Assembly (NCBI GenBank): GCA_030704615.1
Contig: CM060732.1
Span: 28,396,001-28,460,000, forward strand
DNA from: Takakia lepidozioides
Taxonomy: Eukaryota > Plantae > Bryophyta
Direction: 5' to 3'
DNA: 64,000 nucleotides
Shown here: positions 1 through 11,922 of the stretch, piece by piece
Numbering within the stretch: position 1 is the first letter of the stretch
Layout of the letters: each line of letters starts with the position of its first letter
Notes under the pieces: generated by a model
What the model saw: only the letters and a program-made list of their open reading frames with translations
Told to the model about the DNA's origin: nothing
Database searches by the model: none
Made by a program: the position numbers and the translations under genes

Positions 1-679
1 CTTACCTTTTGTGAATGTCCTTTCCATGGGATATTGATGTGGTAGTGCAATGTGTTGATAACCTGTCCGCTTCTATGTATTTGCTTTGAATTACAAGCTA
101 TATAGGTTAGTTCTCAATGTCCAAATTATTGCTTAATCTCTGTTGTGGTGACAGTCAATTGAAGATCTCGCATCCTGATCATGGTTTAATCCAACGCGCT
201 GTTAATGATGAGGCGGCATTTGAGAGAGCTCTCCAAAGTATCACTTGACTTGGTACTCAGCAAAAGCTTCATCATGTTGGCACTAACTGGTATTAGTAAA
301 GCAGACAGCCTGCCCTCCAGTCACTCAGAAATTCTGTATGACATGGTTATTGTGGCTGTTGGCAATGCGTTTAGGTTAGTAGAGTTTCTCTATGGATGAT
401 TTTTGTCAATTGCTGGTACCTAGCCAGTACACTTCAACACCTCCCTACCATCTTTCTTCGATGCCCGAGGCCTGGGCCACTTGTTAGGGTCAAGGCCAGC
501 TCGATGCTATGGGCTCTGTCAGACAGATTACATCTTTAATTTTTTGTTATGTTGTCTGAATTTGATCTATTGTATACCGATCATTGGATTTGATTGTAGT
601 GTATAGACAGTCGAAAGAAAGCACTTCCGATTCAGGCATGTCTTTCAAAGCTTAATTTTCACACTAATGAACACTGCTT

Positions 680-1155
680 TTCTTTAGATTCCACAGGATG
701 GCACAATTCTTCAAGGAACATTGTTTGATGGCATACTATTGAGGGACGCACCTGGACATCACCAGATAGAGATAGAGATTGAACAGGCTCTTCAAACTGT
801 GATTTGTGTCTATACTCTTGTAATGTAATGCTGATGATCAAGAGCTCGTCTACCATCTACTCACTTTCTGGTTTATGCGCTATCAGAAGAAGGCCATTGA
901 CTGGGTTTTTTCAGACTCTGGAAGAAATGCATTGCAGATGCTTGGTACAAGTCGCCAAACATGCTGGCTTGGGGGTGACTGTCACATTAATGTTACTAGA
1001 GATCTAGTTGCTCTCTTGAGAAATACATGGGGTATACGACATCACTGTGGGAATTGAAAATTGCAGTACAAGGAATGTCTCATTCTGGGAACCCTACCTC
1101 AAACAGAAAGGCTCTTGATCCAAAGAGCAGACAGGGGTAGTAGCTGAGCCAAGCT
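680..1155 (+). mobile_element. Highly degenerate LINE reverse-transcriptase remnant
   Basis: Scattered, frame-broken motifs resembling non-LTR RT: 'DG..FFKEH' (~695-720), 'KAIDWVF..TLEEM' (~885-930), 'RQG..LS' (~1130-1150). No intact ORF. Confidence 0.3.
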
Positions 1156-1554
1156 GGAGGCTCAAAAAACACATTCTTGGTTGTGATTCTCTTTCCTTCC
1201 GCGCTGCCATTCGCAATCCACGTACTCCAAATGCGATGCCGCAACCGAGATTACCACAGACATTGAATGTACCACGTATTATCAGGAGAGTTCATGGATG
1301 AACTGGATGATTAACATACCTTCATGTACCGCACCCAGCCCACTGAGGATGTAAATGAGGTATGCATGGATGAAGTTTCTGCTGTCTCAGCACTCGACAG
1401 AAAGAAGGAAAGAACCAAGGGAGCTTGGCTTGTGAGCAGACTGTGTTTAGTGCAGGATCTTGGTGTTGAGTGAAATTTGGATGCACAACACGCAATTGTG
1501 CATGAGAGTTGCAGGAGGTTAGAGCTGTGATCTTCACTGGGATCGTATTTCGCA

Positions 1555-4445
1555 ATGGCGTCAGACAGCACGTCCAGCAATCCTGAAAGTTTTGAAGAGT
1601 TAACCCTGGCAGTGAAGTGGGTGGGGAAAGAGTATACAGTGCGCGTCTGTGCTGTTGATACCGTGGGGGAATTGAAGCGTCGGATCTGTGAAGTTACCAA
1701 TGTTTTGCCCAAACGCCAGAAGTTGCTGAACGTCAAGGCTGGGGCCAAGCCTGCAGACGATTCAATGCTTTTGTCTCAGTTGGCCCTCAAACCCGCCATC
1801 AAGATCATGATGATGGGGTATGTTCACAATTGCATTTCTTTCTGCAAAGGCAATTTTCCGAGCTTCCATTTCAGATTTCAAATTTTGTAGATATAGGTCT
1901 TGGGTTTCTGCATAAGAGTCGAGAGCCAGCTCACTTTTGCTATCTCTGGATCAGCTTGGTCAATTGGGAATCAAGGAAGATAATGTGTGTTCTTTGAAAA
2001 TTAGGTTACCAAGGGACGGACCATCAAACACACGTAGAGGCTATGCAGGGGCTTATACTCGGGATATATTTCCTGGAGGTCTATGAAAGTGTAGAGACAG
2101 TTGTTAGGACGATTCAAGAGGGCGCTAACACATGCGGGGTTTATGTTCCAGCACTGTGGAAGATGAAATAATGGTAGATCCTGTGGATGCACCTGAAATT
2201 TTGGACGACTTTGAGCTGGGCGACGAGGATACCGTCGACATCAAGGACCGTGATGTCAATAAACAGAAACTGCGGCGTCGGATCGATCAGTACAAGGTAA
2301 TCGTTCCCTCCCTACCATGCTCTCTGTTTGTCTCCTTTTTCGCGTTTCTATTTCCTCCACATTTTCTTCTCATCCGTGTAGTTGTGCACTATCAGTTGTG
2401 CGCTATCAATCTCTATTGTCAGTCGCTTTATGTATTGGCTTTCTCTCGCCCCTTGTAAGTTTCTGGTTTCTCCTATCAGAATACTTGTTTTAATGGATAG
2501 CAAGCCAGCTTGACTTTTCCTGAGGACTTGGGATGGTTTGTCATACCTTTTAAATCTTTCTCCAGTGAAACAACTATATCAGGTACCTAATGTGGAACTA
2601 GACTAGTCAAACTTTGGCCTAGTGCAAGAATCTATTATCGAATCCTACTAATATGTCTGAGGGATTGAGGGTAGATGATGGTATTGAATCCTTGCCGGGC
2701 CAACATGAAGCTGCTGGTATTGGACATTGACTACACACTATTTGACCACCGTTCCACTGCCGAGAATCCACATGAGCTCATGCGCCCTTGTGAGTTGCAC
2801 TATACTCTCTCTCTATTCAATTAGCTCAGAACTTCACCTCTTTCGTGTTTGACTGCAAGGTATCATATATTGAGTGGTTGGCTGGCTGGAGGTCCCTTGG
2901 CTTGCTCCAATATATAAATGCCATGTGACTTGAAGATATTAACTACTCTGGCATACAAGGGTACATGACAAATGACTTGATCTACCCTTACCTACAATGC
3001 ATTTTCTTGGTCCCGGTTGGTCATCCAACACTTCATGCATTTGGATGCTGGCTGTTTCGGGGAGCAGATCTGCATGAGTTTTTGACAACTGCTTATCAAT
3101 TCTACGACGTTATTATCTGGTCAGCAACCAGGTGAGGGCCTGGCAGTAGAAAACTGCATCCAACTGGTGAGCTGATGTATCAAATGATCAACAGCATAGA
3201 GTCTATCATGATTGTCGTACAGCAACCAGGCGAGGGCCTTGTAAAACTACAATCCTTGTGAGTTGACATATCAGATGATTGACAGCATAGAGTATAGAAA
3301 GTGATGAAGGAAGCTTGCTTGCACGTTTCAAGTAACAACTTGAAATTGTTGTCTGACGGCTGAAGTGCGCGGATTGATGTTGGAAGAGCTGGCTCCAGTG
3401 GTTTGTATTTCACTCTAGATTGATCATGAAGGAAACACCTACAATCTTTGTAGAGACAGAGCAAGGGCTGACTGAGGGTGGTGCCCAGCATGAAGAGGGT
3501 GGAGGTGAAGATGAAGGAGCTGGGGTTGCTCTCTCACCCGGACTACAAAATCACAGCTCTGGTGGATCATCTGGCTATGATAACCGTCCAATCACAATCG
3601 CATGGCGTGTTTGATTGCAAGCCGCTTGGCCTCATCTGGGGGAAGTTTCCTGAGGTGAGAGGACTAAGGAGAACCCCATGTTTTATGATGGTTTCTGGCA
3701 TGCATGTCTGGGATGGGGTTACTCTTCTTGCTGTCCTTATATGTGGACTCTGCTGTATATTCTCATGAAGTTTACCCTGGCCTTTGTAAGCTGTGGAACC
3801 CTTAGATATGGTATTCCAACACAGTGGACTGGTGCCTGGTTTAGTGTCGTAGGCCATCAATAGCTTTTAGGGAGGGCCTGTTGTCTCCTATTTCTGCTTC
3901 AGGAATTAGTGAAGGAAAGATATTGGTCTCACTCAAACTCTTTAAAGGCATGCTGCTAATGGGAGCTGTTACAGAGGGCTTGGAAGCCTCCTGGAATGCC
4001 ATGTCGTATATAATCTAGAATTTGGAACTGCTGTATGTGCCACAACGTTTGCACCTTTGGCACATACAGAGGTGGTAGAAGGTCATAGCAAGTCGAGCCT
4101 ACTTATCTTCAGCTCTTGTTTGTCTTGAAGTCAACAGTGGTAAAGGAAATGCGTTCTTGAGAAAGCGAAGTATGAGGGGTTGGGGGAATGTTTTTGTTGC
4201 AGCATTACCATGATGGGAACACAATTATGTTTGATGATTTAAAGCGGAACTTTGTGATGAATCCGCAAAATGGACTCGTCATCAAACCATTCAGGAAGGC
4301 CCATATCAACCGTGCCACTGACCAAGAACTTCTGGACCTCACTGAGTACCTTGTTGCCATAGCTGCATTAGATGACCTCAGGGAGCTCGATCACAGGAGA
4401 TGGAGGGACTATTTAGACCAGAACAAGAAGAGAAGACGATCGTGA
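1555..4445 (+). CDS. UBLCP1: Ubiquitin-like domain-containing CTD phosphatase 1; 6 exons: 1555-1817, 2152-2296, 2675-2789, 3068-3131, 3489-3654, 4203-4445
   Basis: N-terminal UBL domain ([12 protein letters not shown]...VLPKRQKLL), HAD motif [35 protein letters not shown] and [24 protein letters not shown] introns join the exons in frame. Confidence 0.93.
3122..3297 (+). repeat. Imperfect ~98-bp tandem duplication of the exon-4 end and 5' splice site inside UBLCP1 intron 4
   Basis: cagcaaccagGTgagggcct...cagcatagagt (3122-3203) recurs as cagcaaccagGCgagggcct...cagcatagagt (3220-3293). Confidence 0.7.
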
Positions 4446-5322
4446 ACAAAATGGGAAGTAATATAGAGGATTAGAGATGTTTTCTGGGGTATGTCCAATG
4501 GTTGGAAGGGCTGCAGAAATCATGAGTTTGCATGAGGGAAATTTGAGAGGCCAGTTGAAATAGGTTTTGTTGGACTCCAGTTGGGAGTGAGTTTTGTTCA
4601 ATTGTCGGACTACCCAGCATGCAGGCAGTCTCTTCCTCATTTTGTGAGGATGGCACATGCCAAATGGTGAAATTCCCATTCAGATACATGCGATTCCGTC
4701 CATGATTGGAAGGACTTGGATTATGGTGGGCACAAACCAGTGCCTGCAGATCTTTCTTCATTGGATAGCCTAATACACTCATTATTTCATGATAGCAAGG
4801 GGCTGAGACACAATTTTCCTTGAGGATCCTTATGCTGTAGAAAATGTTATATTCTCTAGGTAGAGAAAGTGGAAATGCTATCGCATTTGTAAGATTCGTG
4901 AAGAGTTATAACCGCAGAAAGGTTGGCCTGTGCATTCTATTTTGGGTTGACATACGTAGAGAGTGGGGTCATGACCAGTATTCACTCAGCAAAACTTGTC
5001 TTTATCAACTCTGGGAGCTTTTGGAGCTTCTTTTAGAGGGCACAACTGTTGCAAGGAAGAGGGGTACTGGAGGAGAATTGGCAATTGGAGCCTTTGCATT
5101 AAGTGTGGTGTCTTCGCACAGTCAGATCCGAAACAATGGTTAACAGCTCTCATCCAAAGCAGATGTCAGATCCAGCCCCATGCGAACCATGGATAAAATT
5201 TTACATGGGTAGCTTTCTTTCATGCTTGGACAATCTCGAGCAGCTTGGCTATTACATCAGCTGAGAATTACTCATTGTGGTTGATGGATTGATTTAACTG
5301 GTGGAACTAAAGAGATGCACGC

Positions 5323-5424
5323 CCATTTTTTGGTTTGTGTCATGTAGGGCCATGCTAATCTTCTCTATATTGGATTTTATATTGGTTTTTTTTTGTTGTT
5401 CCAATTTTGTCATGTCCCCAAAGC
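5323..5424 (-). pseudogene. U6: Degenerate U6 snRNA copy
   Basis: Reverse complement reads GGGGACATGACAAAATTGGAAC..(A-rich insert)..ATATAGAGAAGATTAGCATGGCCCTACATGACAC, matching the U6 5' stem and core with mutations and a deletion. Confidence 0.8.
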
Positions 5425-5425
5425 T

Positions 5426-5467
5426 TGGCCCTCTGCAAGGATGACGGACAAATCAAGAAATGGTCCA
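5426..5467 (+). pseudogene. U6: 3' half of U6 snRNA in the opposite orientation to the adjacent copy
   Basis: TGGCCCTCTGCAAGGATGACGGACAAATCAAGAAATGGTCCA resembles plant U6 3' TGGCCCCTGCGCAAGGATGACACGCATAAATCGAGAAATGGTCCA. Confidence 0.8.
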
Positions 5468-5744
5468 TCACTATCATCTCGTTAGTTCCACCGGCTCAAT
5501 CGATCCGTCAGCTATAAAACTGACAGAGTGCGCAACACTGACATTGATGGATTTGGTTTTCTGAAAATCTGTTGATCTCAATCTCCGACGTAGAAAGATG
5601 AAACTACGACACCTACAGTCAAACCATCAGCAACATAGCCAAGAAAATGAAGATAGAAGGCAACTTCATTCCTTGTTCACCTAAGAGTGGCCTTGGCATC
5701 AGCAGCTAGAGTCCACAAGCGTGATTCCAAACGTTGCACACGCA

Positions 5745-5905
5745 CTGCAAACGCACTGCAAACGCACACAAACATGATGTGGTCGAGCTTCACCCCTTCC
5801 AGCCCCGTCATTTGCTCATAGGTCTCCAAAGCCCCATCCCACACCCCTGCTCTGCACACCCTGCAAGCATCGCGTTCCATGACACCACATCTCGTTCAGC
5901 TGTGC
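5745..5905 (-). pseudogene. PLS-class PPR repeat fragment
   Basis: AERDVVSWNAMLAG..EQG followed, after a frameshift, by ALETYEQM..EGVKLDHIMFVCVCSA; a single isolated motif. Confidence 0.8.
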
Positions 5906-6289
5906 ATCTCGGCCTTTGTGCTTGTGCTCCTGCATAGTGTCTGCAATGCTGCCCTTGCTGGACCCATCTCCTAGTGCCAGGGCCCATCACCAACAATGAT
6001 GTCAGCCAATCTAATTTTCCAGTAAGCTCTCCCCAATAATCTCTCCTCTGCCACATACTCTCCATTCAAACCAAGCGTCAAAGTCTCGCACATCAAGAAA
6101 ATGCAATGTCATGGAACAACATAAAACCTGGGGTAAATGAACTGCTTACCTCATGTAGCACACGGCCAAGCTTCAGGTAATCCAGAAAACCAGTTGCCCA
6201 TGCAAACCAAATATCTGCTTCTACAATTCTCACCCGATCAGGAGGCAAATTACTTACGGAAGACTGAAAACAGTGAGGGTGAGGGGAAA

Positions 6290-6395
6290 CACCTTTGTCC
6301 ATAGAGAATGTTCAACAGTTCAAACAGCTCAGCATCACTGGCCAGCTCCAGTACAGAGTGTAGCTCTGGATCAAATGCAACTGCATGCACCAAAT
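6290..6395 (-). pseudogene. Isolated exon-like fragment of a conserved plant protein of unknown function
   Basis: AFDPELHSVLELASDAELFELLNILYG resembles, from memory, a conserved plant motif (DPELRxVLELATDSELYELExILFG). No flanking exons were recognised. Confidence 0.4.
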
Positions 6396-7404
6396 GAAAT
6401 TTAGGGCAAGAACATAGGGACGACCTCTCCAAGGTGTGAAGGTGCCCTGGGGCTTCCACTGTTATGTGCATGTGATTCAGCCTACTGCTTGAACTCCTCT
6501 GAGTTGGACAAGGTCTTGATATTGTGTTGTTGTGAACATTTATCTATTGGTCATGGCTGGAATTTGGAAGGATCATTATTTTAACCTTCCTGAAACCGTT
6601 GGTGGTGTGTAACTAGGCAGTGGCAGCTGAGTGCAGGGGTGCAAAAAAAGGGTTATAGTTCACTCCCTACAGAGGTGCATTTAGTGTCCTCGCCTACAGC
6701 AGACCGAGGCTACAGCAAGCAATCAGCTGAGCGTAAGTCACCATTGCTCCAGGTGACGACAACAACTACCATTGATGTGGCTCCCAAGGGTTTAGAGCTG
6801 CTCATGGATGCTGCAAAAGCTCTGATTCCAGAGACGCCATCAAAGCGGAAGGTGAAGCTTGGGCATGATCACACACTTTGGCAGGCAGCCACCACTGAAG
6901 ATTGAACCACCATAGGGATCTAACAAAAGATGATCCTTCCTCCACAATTGGAGGGGGCAAGGGCGCAGGTCATAGGCCACGAACCTCCTAGCACTGACTC
7001 TTTGCCAGTAAGCAGGTATATCTCTGCTGCTTTCTTGTCATGTTGTAAACAGCCTTGGAAGGTTTCAGACCTTGAGCTGGTCCACCTGTGACTTCTCAAC
7101 CTCCAACCAATAACGTGCCTCATAATAAGATGGTTTACCATTACTTGCCAAGTGCATAGAAGCATTATTGCAGCCTAACATAATCTTGCTATCGAGACAG
7201 GGAAGACGGAAGGAAATGAAGAAATGTCATAACCTCCAGCAAGCGGTAAGGAGAAGAAAGCCCGAGAACTTAGAAACAGTACCAATTTCTTCGTCAATGC
7301 CCATATCCTTATACAAAGCAGAGATTGACAAAGTCTACCCTCTAGTTTTCAAGGAGAACAAACCTTGTGCATATATTACTGATGAGCGTTCTGACGTTGA
7401 ACAG

Positions 7405-7548
7405 GCAAGAAGAGCTCTGCGTACCCTGAAAGGGTTGGTGCGGCTGCAAGCACTGGTGCGGGGCCACACAGTGCGAAGGCAGGCTGCCGGTACCCTGCGA
7501 TGCTTGCAAGCGCTGGTGCGAGTGCAGGCTCAAGTGCGAGCACGCCGT
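7405..7548 (+). pseudogene. IQ67-domain (IQD family) exon fragment
   Basis: [48 protein letters not shown] starts right after a cag| acceptor, at the conserved phase-0 IQ67 intron position. The upstream IQxxFRGYL exon was not found. Confidence 0.75.
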
Positions 7549-8541
7549 TGTTCGAATGTCACAGCAGGGCCAGACCAGACAGAGGTTTGCGAGCTTGCAA
7601 GGGGCGGGAAAGCTTGCAAGGTGGACGTCGATGGCGCGGGAAATCCCAAAGCCCACGTCAATCGCAAATCGCACTTAGTTCAGGGAAACGTAGAATGTAG
7701 GCACTCTTGTCGCTCGCGATGAGCCGACGTGGCACTACTAGTGCCACGATGTAATATTTTTATGGGGGGCCGGGTAGGACCTTTGTAGTGCAACTACCAC
7801 AAACGGGCAGATTTCAAAGAAAACAAAACTCGCGGCCTTTCTAAGGGCTCACTTAGCTTCTACTGTTTTCTCGCGCACGGCCTCAGTAGGGAACCAGTCT
7901 GATGTGAGCTGCAAAGAAAGAAGAACAAAGAATGCAAAAGCAAACAATGAACAAACAATGATCATTGTTAGAAATTCATACAATTTTCATAAGGATATTC
8001 ATGTTCATTCTACCGGATACATGGATTCAGCACATTGCGCGAGCACATGAACGTCCACAACTAAAACAGGCAGCAAATGATCATGTAAACCATGAGCAGC
8101 TGCCGCTTACCGGGCCTGCACCACCAGGTTGTGGATTCAAGTACGTTTGCACTAAGTACAGCTCAATGTAATGAGCTACAAACAGACCACACTGCCATGT
8201 GTTGGCCTGCTGTGGAACATAGCTCTAATTAGATTGCAAAAGCAAGGAAAATGTTCATTGTTGTCCAATTGGAGACGGGTTGGTCTTACAACCTATACCC
8301 TTAAAAGATGGAATCCAAATGCAACCCATAAACGCCAAAACTAAAGGAGCGGCCGCTCGATTCAACTGCAGGCAGCAATCCTTTTACCTGCCATGTGAAC
8401 GCCTTTCTACCCGCAAGCCTTGATAGCATTCAAGAAGCACTCGCTGGCACAAATAAACCCGTTACCACAGGCACAACAAGCTGTTGCCATAAGCTTCTTG
8501 GATGTGCCAAGTCCTGAGAATCAAATGATTTTAAATGTTTT

Positions 8542-10462
8542 TTACATGGCATTACCACCCACAAGCATGGGTGCAACTTCTGTACACACACGTTGATCTG
8601 GGGGAAGAATACTCCAGTTGGGTGATTGCACCGCCCGTAGCCACCGGAAGTCATCCACACTCTCCCACAACCCTGGACCATGCAACATACAAGCAAACCA
8701 AAAACGATGAAAGAAGCGACAACAAAAGCTGTTCTGTGAGAGAAGGATAGACAAAAATAGAGTAATGCCTAAAATGGTTTGAAATCTGCAGAGGGCACCT
8801 ATACTGACAGTGATCTTACTATCACCAAATCATTCATGGCCAATGTGAAGAGCAGTTATTAACAGAGAGAGAATGTAGCAGAATGTAACAGTTGTTAAAC
8901 GAGAGAGAGAGATTGTAAAGATTGAGAGCATTTGAAGTTGATCTGGGTGAAACTGTCTAGAGGGATATCAGCAACATTGCTTGCCCTAGCTATAGACCTT
9001 GCACCCAGTTTGGGCGAGAGAGAGAGAGAGCAAAGTGGGCTTATGAGATGGACACCATGAGATAGATCAAGTTTCACTGGCGTAAAAGAATGCAGCAGCA
9101 GCACCACCCATACCTGTCTCCTCTATGAGGTGAGCAGCTTGAAGATCCTCTTCAATGCCTGAATAGTGAAAAGCATAGGGGGCAAATCGAACGTCACTTG
9201 TGTACTCAACGATGGGTCGGCTACGGACACGAAGATATAAATCTGTGGCTTTGGTAGAATGTATCCGGATCTGATGAGAGGCCAACATCAATACACTACC
9301 CTGCACTTCTTCTATCAAAACCGACCCAGACACAGGTCCTGCATACACATGGCAGTCACTTAGCTTATGCATGAAGAGGGCTCTGAATTTTCCTCTCAAG
9401 TAAATCTTACAGTTGCTAAGATTTGAAAGCACAAATTCTCTGTCCTCCAGGTCCTTTGAATCCCTCACGAAAACACCGTTCTCCTTGCCTTGGATACCTT
9501 GGAAGCTAGTGCTTCCAGAAGTGCCCTCTGACACTGGACTAAGGCTAGCTACTGATGTCTCTTTTTTTTTCACCACATTGCCAATTTTTTTCCTAAAGGA
9601 GAATTTCTTTTTTGGAAGAAGCTCAGCTATGGCAGCCTCGACTTCCTCTTTCAGCTTTGCAATACTGGCCTGCGCACTCTGACTACTATAGGTGGGCAAA
9701 TGGTAGGAAGCATCTGCAACAAGCTTCTCCATGTTGCCAATCTCCAGTAATAAATTTTCGAGTTCTCCTTTCAGGGATGTCCTCTCTGCATCCGAGGTCA
9801 CTGCCGTTCTGTTGTCTAGCACCAATGCTAATCCTTGCTCCACCTGCCATCGATCCAAAACATGTTGAGAAAGAGGAGAGATGCCCTTCTACCCTCAGAA
9901 AATGACTTGTGACCATAGGCCTGCATGCTAGCCTCCTGGAAGTGAGTTAGGGCTTCTATTCGTTTCTACGATCTTAGGCTGGAAATCACATTGCGACAAT
10001 CCTAGTTGCAGGTTAATTTGGGCGGGACATGATCATACTAGTAATTAAGACAGTGCTCATCCCAGCAGTTGCTGGTCGTCTGTCATCCCAAGCATAGACA
10101 TACAATAATGCAAACCGCAACACATTCCAAAGCAGGCAATTTCCAGCAGACGTTTTAATGCCAGCCATGGCACTAGCAGCATAATCTTGTTTGAAGCCAG
10201 AGTGAGTGTTACTCGTCTCTGGAGAGTTTTTTAATTTGCATCAAAGTACCTTTTCACGGCGCTGTGCAAAGAGGGAGAGGAAATGATCCATCGATTCGGC
10301 GGGGTCCAATGATGCAACAGTCTGGGAGCGCCGGATGGAACTGTCATGCAAGTACGACTCGTAGTGGGAGTTAAGGCGCTTTTCTATGGCCGCCCGCTTC
10401 CTCTCTAGCGCTGATGAAGGAGCATCACAGCCCGTACTGTGCTGGCTTTCTGCAGCTGCCAT
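8542..10462 (-). CDS. TBCC: Tubulin-folding cofactor C; 3 exons: 10462-10250, 9843-9114, 8672-8542
   Basis: N-terminal helical domain (LPKKKFSFRKK), beta-helix C-CAP domain (GPVSGSVLIEE, ASHQIRIH, VRSRPIVE..VRFAPY) and C-terminal LWESVDDFRWLRAVQSPNWSILP. GT-AG junctions keep the frame. Confidence 0.92.
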
Positions 10463-11179
10463 CCCCGCCTCTCACAAACCAACCCTACTTCCTTTCCAGG
10501 AGGAAAGAAAATGCGAAACACCCACAAAGGAAAAAAGACTCACAAGAGGCATATCCATCTAAATCCCACCATGATGACTCTCCGAGCCCCAAACAACCAA
10601 CTGCTCCCTTCTTCCTCCTCCCCGGAAGAAAATCCGAAAAAGACTCACGAAAGGCAGGGACAGTTTACCCCAACAGGATTGGAGTCCAATACCCCTCTCA
10701 CAGAACCACCCTCCCTACAGGAATCTTACACGCACCCACTGTATTTAGCTTTCGATGATTTTTGCCCCCTTTTCGGGGGTAATAAGTACATCAAGTAATA
10801 GGTAGCGCCCCCAACACTCGCTGATTTTTGAAGTTTCCCGAAGTTTCTTGCGCAGTGCTTTCACAATTATGAGATTGTCTACACAAGAAATTCTCAGATC
10901 AAATGTGATCTTCAATGTTCGTTATGACCTAGGTCCTAAGTAAAATAGTTATGAGAGTTCGTGGCTGAATTTGCAGGAAGGCTTCCGCTGTGCCTTACCA
11001 GAGGACTCCCCCGGCTGCTTGAAGATCGCATCCCATGAGGTAGAGCGACCTAAAAACCTCTCTTATTTGCCTACAAAAATGTTACCATTCTCCCCAAATA
11101 TTCAAGAGTATAGCATGAAATATGGAGGCCGGACATCCAGCCTGAAGGGGTGATCTTTATTCTTCCTTAACCTCTCGAT

Positions 11180-11460
11180 TCACACGCTGCAATGTAGTCG
11201 GGTTGAAGTTGCGGTCTCGAAAACAGAATGGGGAAATCGATCAGCCCATATACTACACGAGTCGGTTGATGAACTGGGCGGAGAAAAACTACACATGAAC
11301 GGAAAGGGAAGCCTTGGCAATGATTTATGCAGTGCAAAAGTTTCGGCACTACTCGTTGGCAAACAAGTTCGTTCATTTCGTGGACCATCAAGCCATATCT
11401 GCAAGTTGTCAAAGAAAAGCTTGACGCCATCACAGATTGCTGTAATTCCGGGGGACTGTC
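11180..11460 (+). mobile_element. Ty3/Gypsy RNase H remnant
   Basis: PIYYTSRLMNWAEKNY..TEREALAMIYAVQKFRHYSL.NKF..FVDHQA, closely similar to the RNase H of the element at 41916-44423. Confidence 0.8.
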
Positions 11461-11757
11461 ATGGTATTGCATAAGAAAGCAGCGCGATGGGGAGGTAGTG
11501 CTTGAACTCTTTACTACTTTGATCTGTGTATATGCCACACTGGCAAGCCCTCTTTCCAGCAAGGGCTCAAACAGTGAACTATTTCAGTTCTGGTAATTTT
11601 TTCCTTAAGTTTCTGAGGATTCTAGCTCATGAGGCTTACGAGTAGAAACAGTCAGGACTTGATATGGTAAGCAACAGGTAAGTTTACAGAATGTTGGTTG
11701 TGTCAACTTCCTCTTTAGCATGGTGAATGTAACTGGTTCTCCATGTGAATGTCACAG

Positions 11758-11922
11758 GATTGGGACCAGAGATTCCAGAGGCCTTTACCAAGAAGGCTGC
11801 GGCTGTGCACAAGCATTTGGAAACGAATTGCAAGGACAAGGACTTCAAGTTCCGGCTGATTCTCATTGAGAGTTGGGGCGCGTTGCTAGAAGCACAAACG
11901 AAGTTTGCCCCAACTGGAAGTA
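11758..11922 (+). pseudogene. RPS13: 40S ribosomal protein S13 (uS15) exon fragment
   Basis: GLGPEIPE...[28 protein letters not shown]...PNWK after a cacag acceptor. It matches RPS13 [42 protein letters not shown] with deletions. Confidence 0.85.

Noticed and set aside
3489-3500. UBLCP1 MKRVE in place of the usual MKWVE as an RNA-editing site
   Set aside because: The codon is AGG, which C-to-U editing cannot convert to Trp, and the gene is nuclear.
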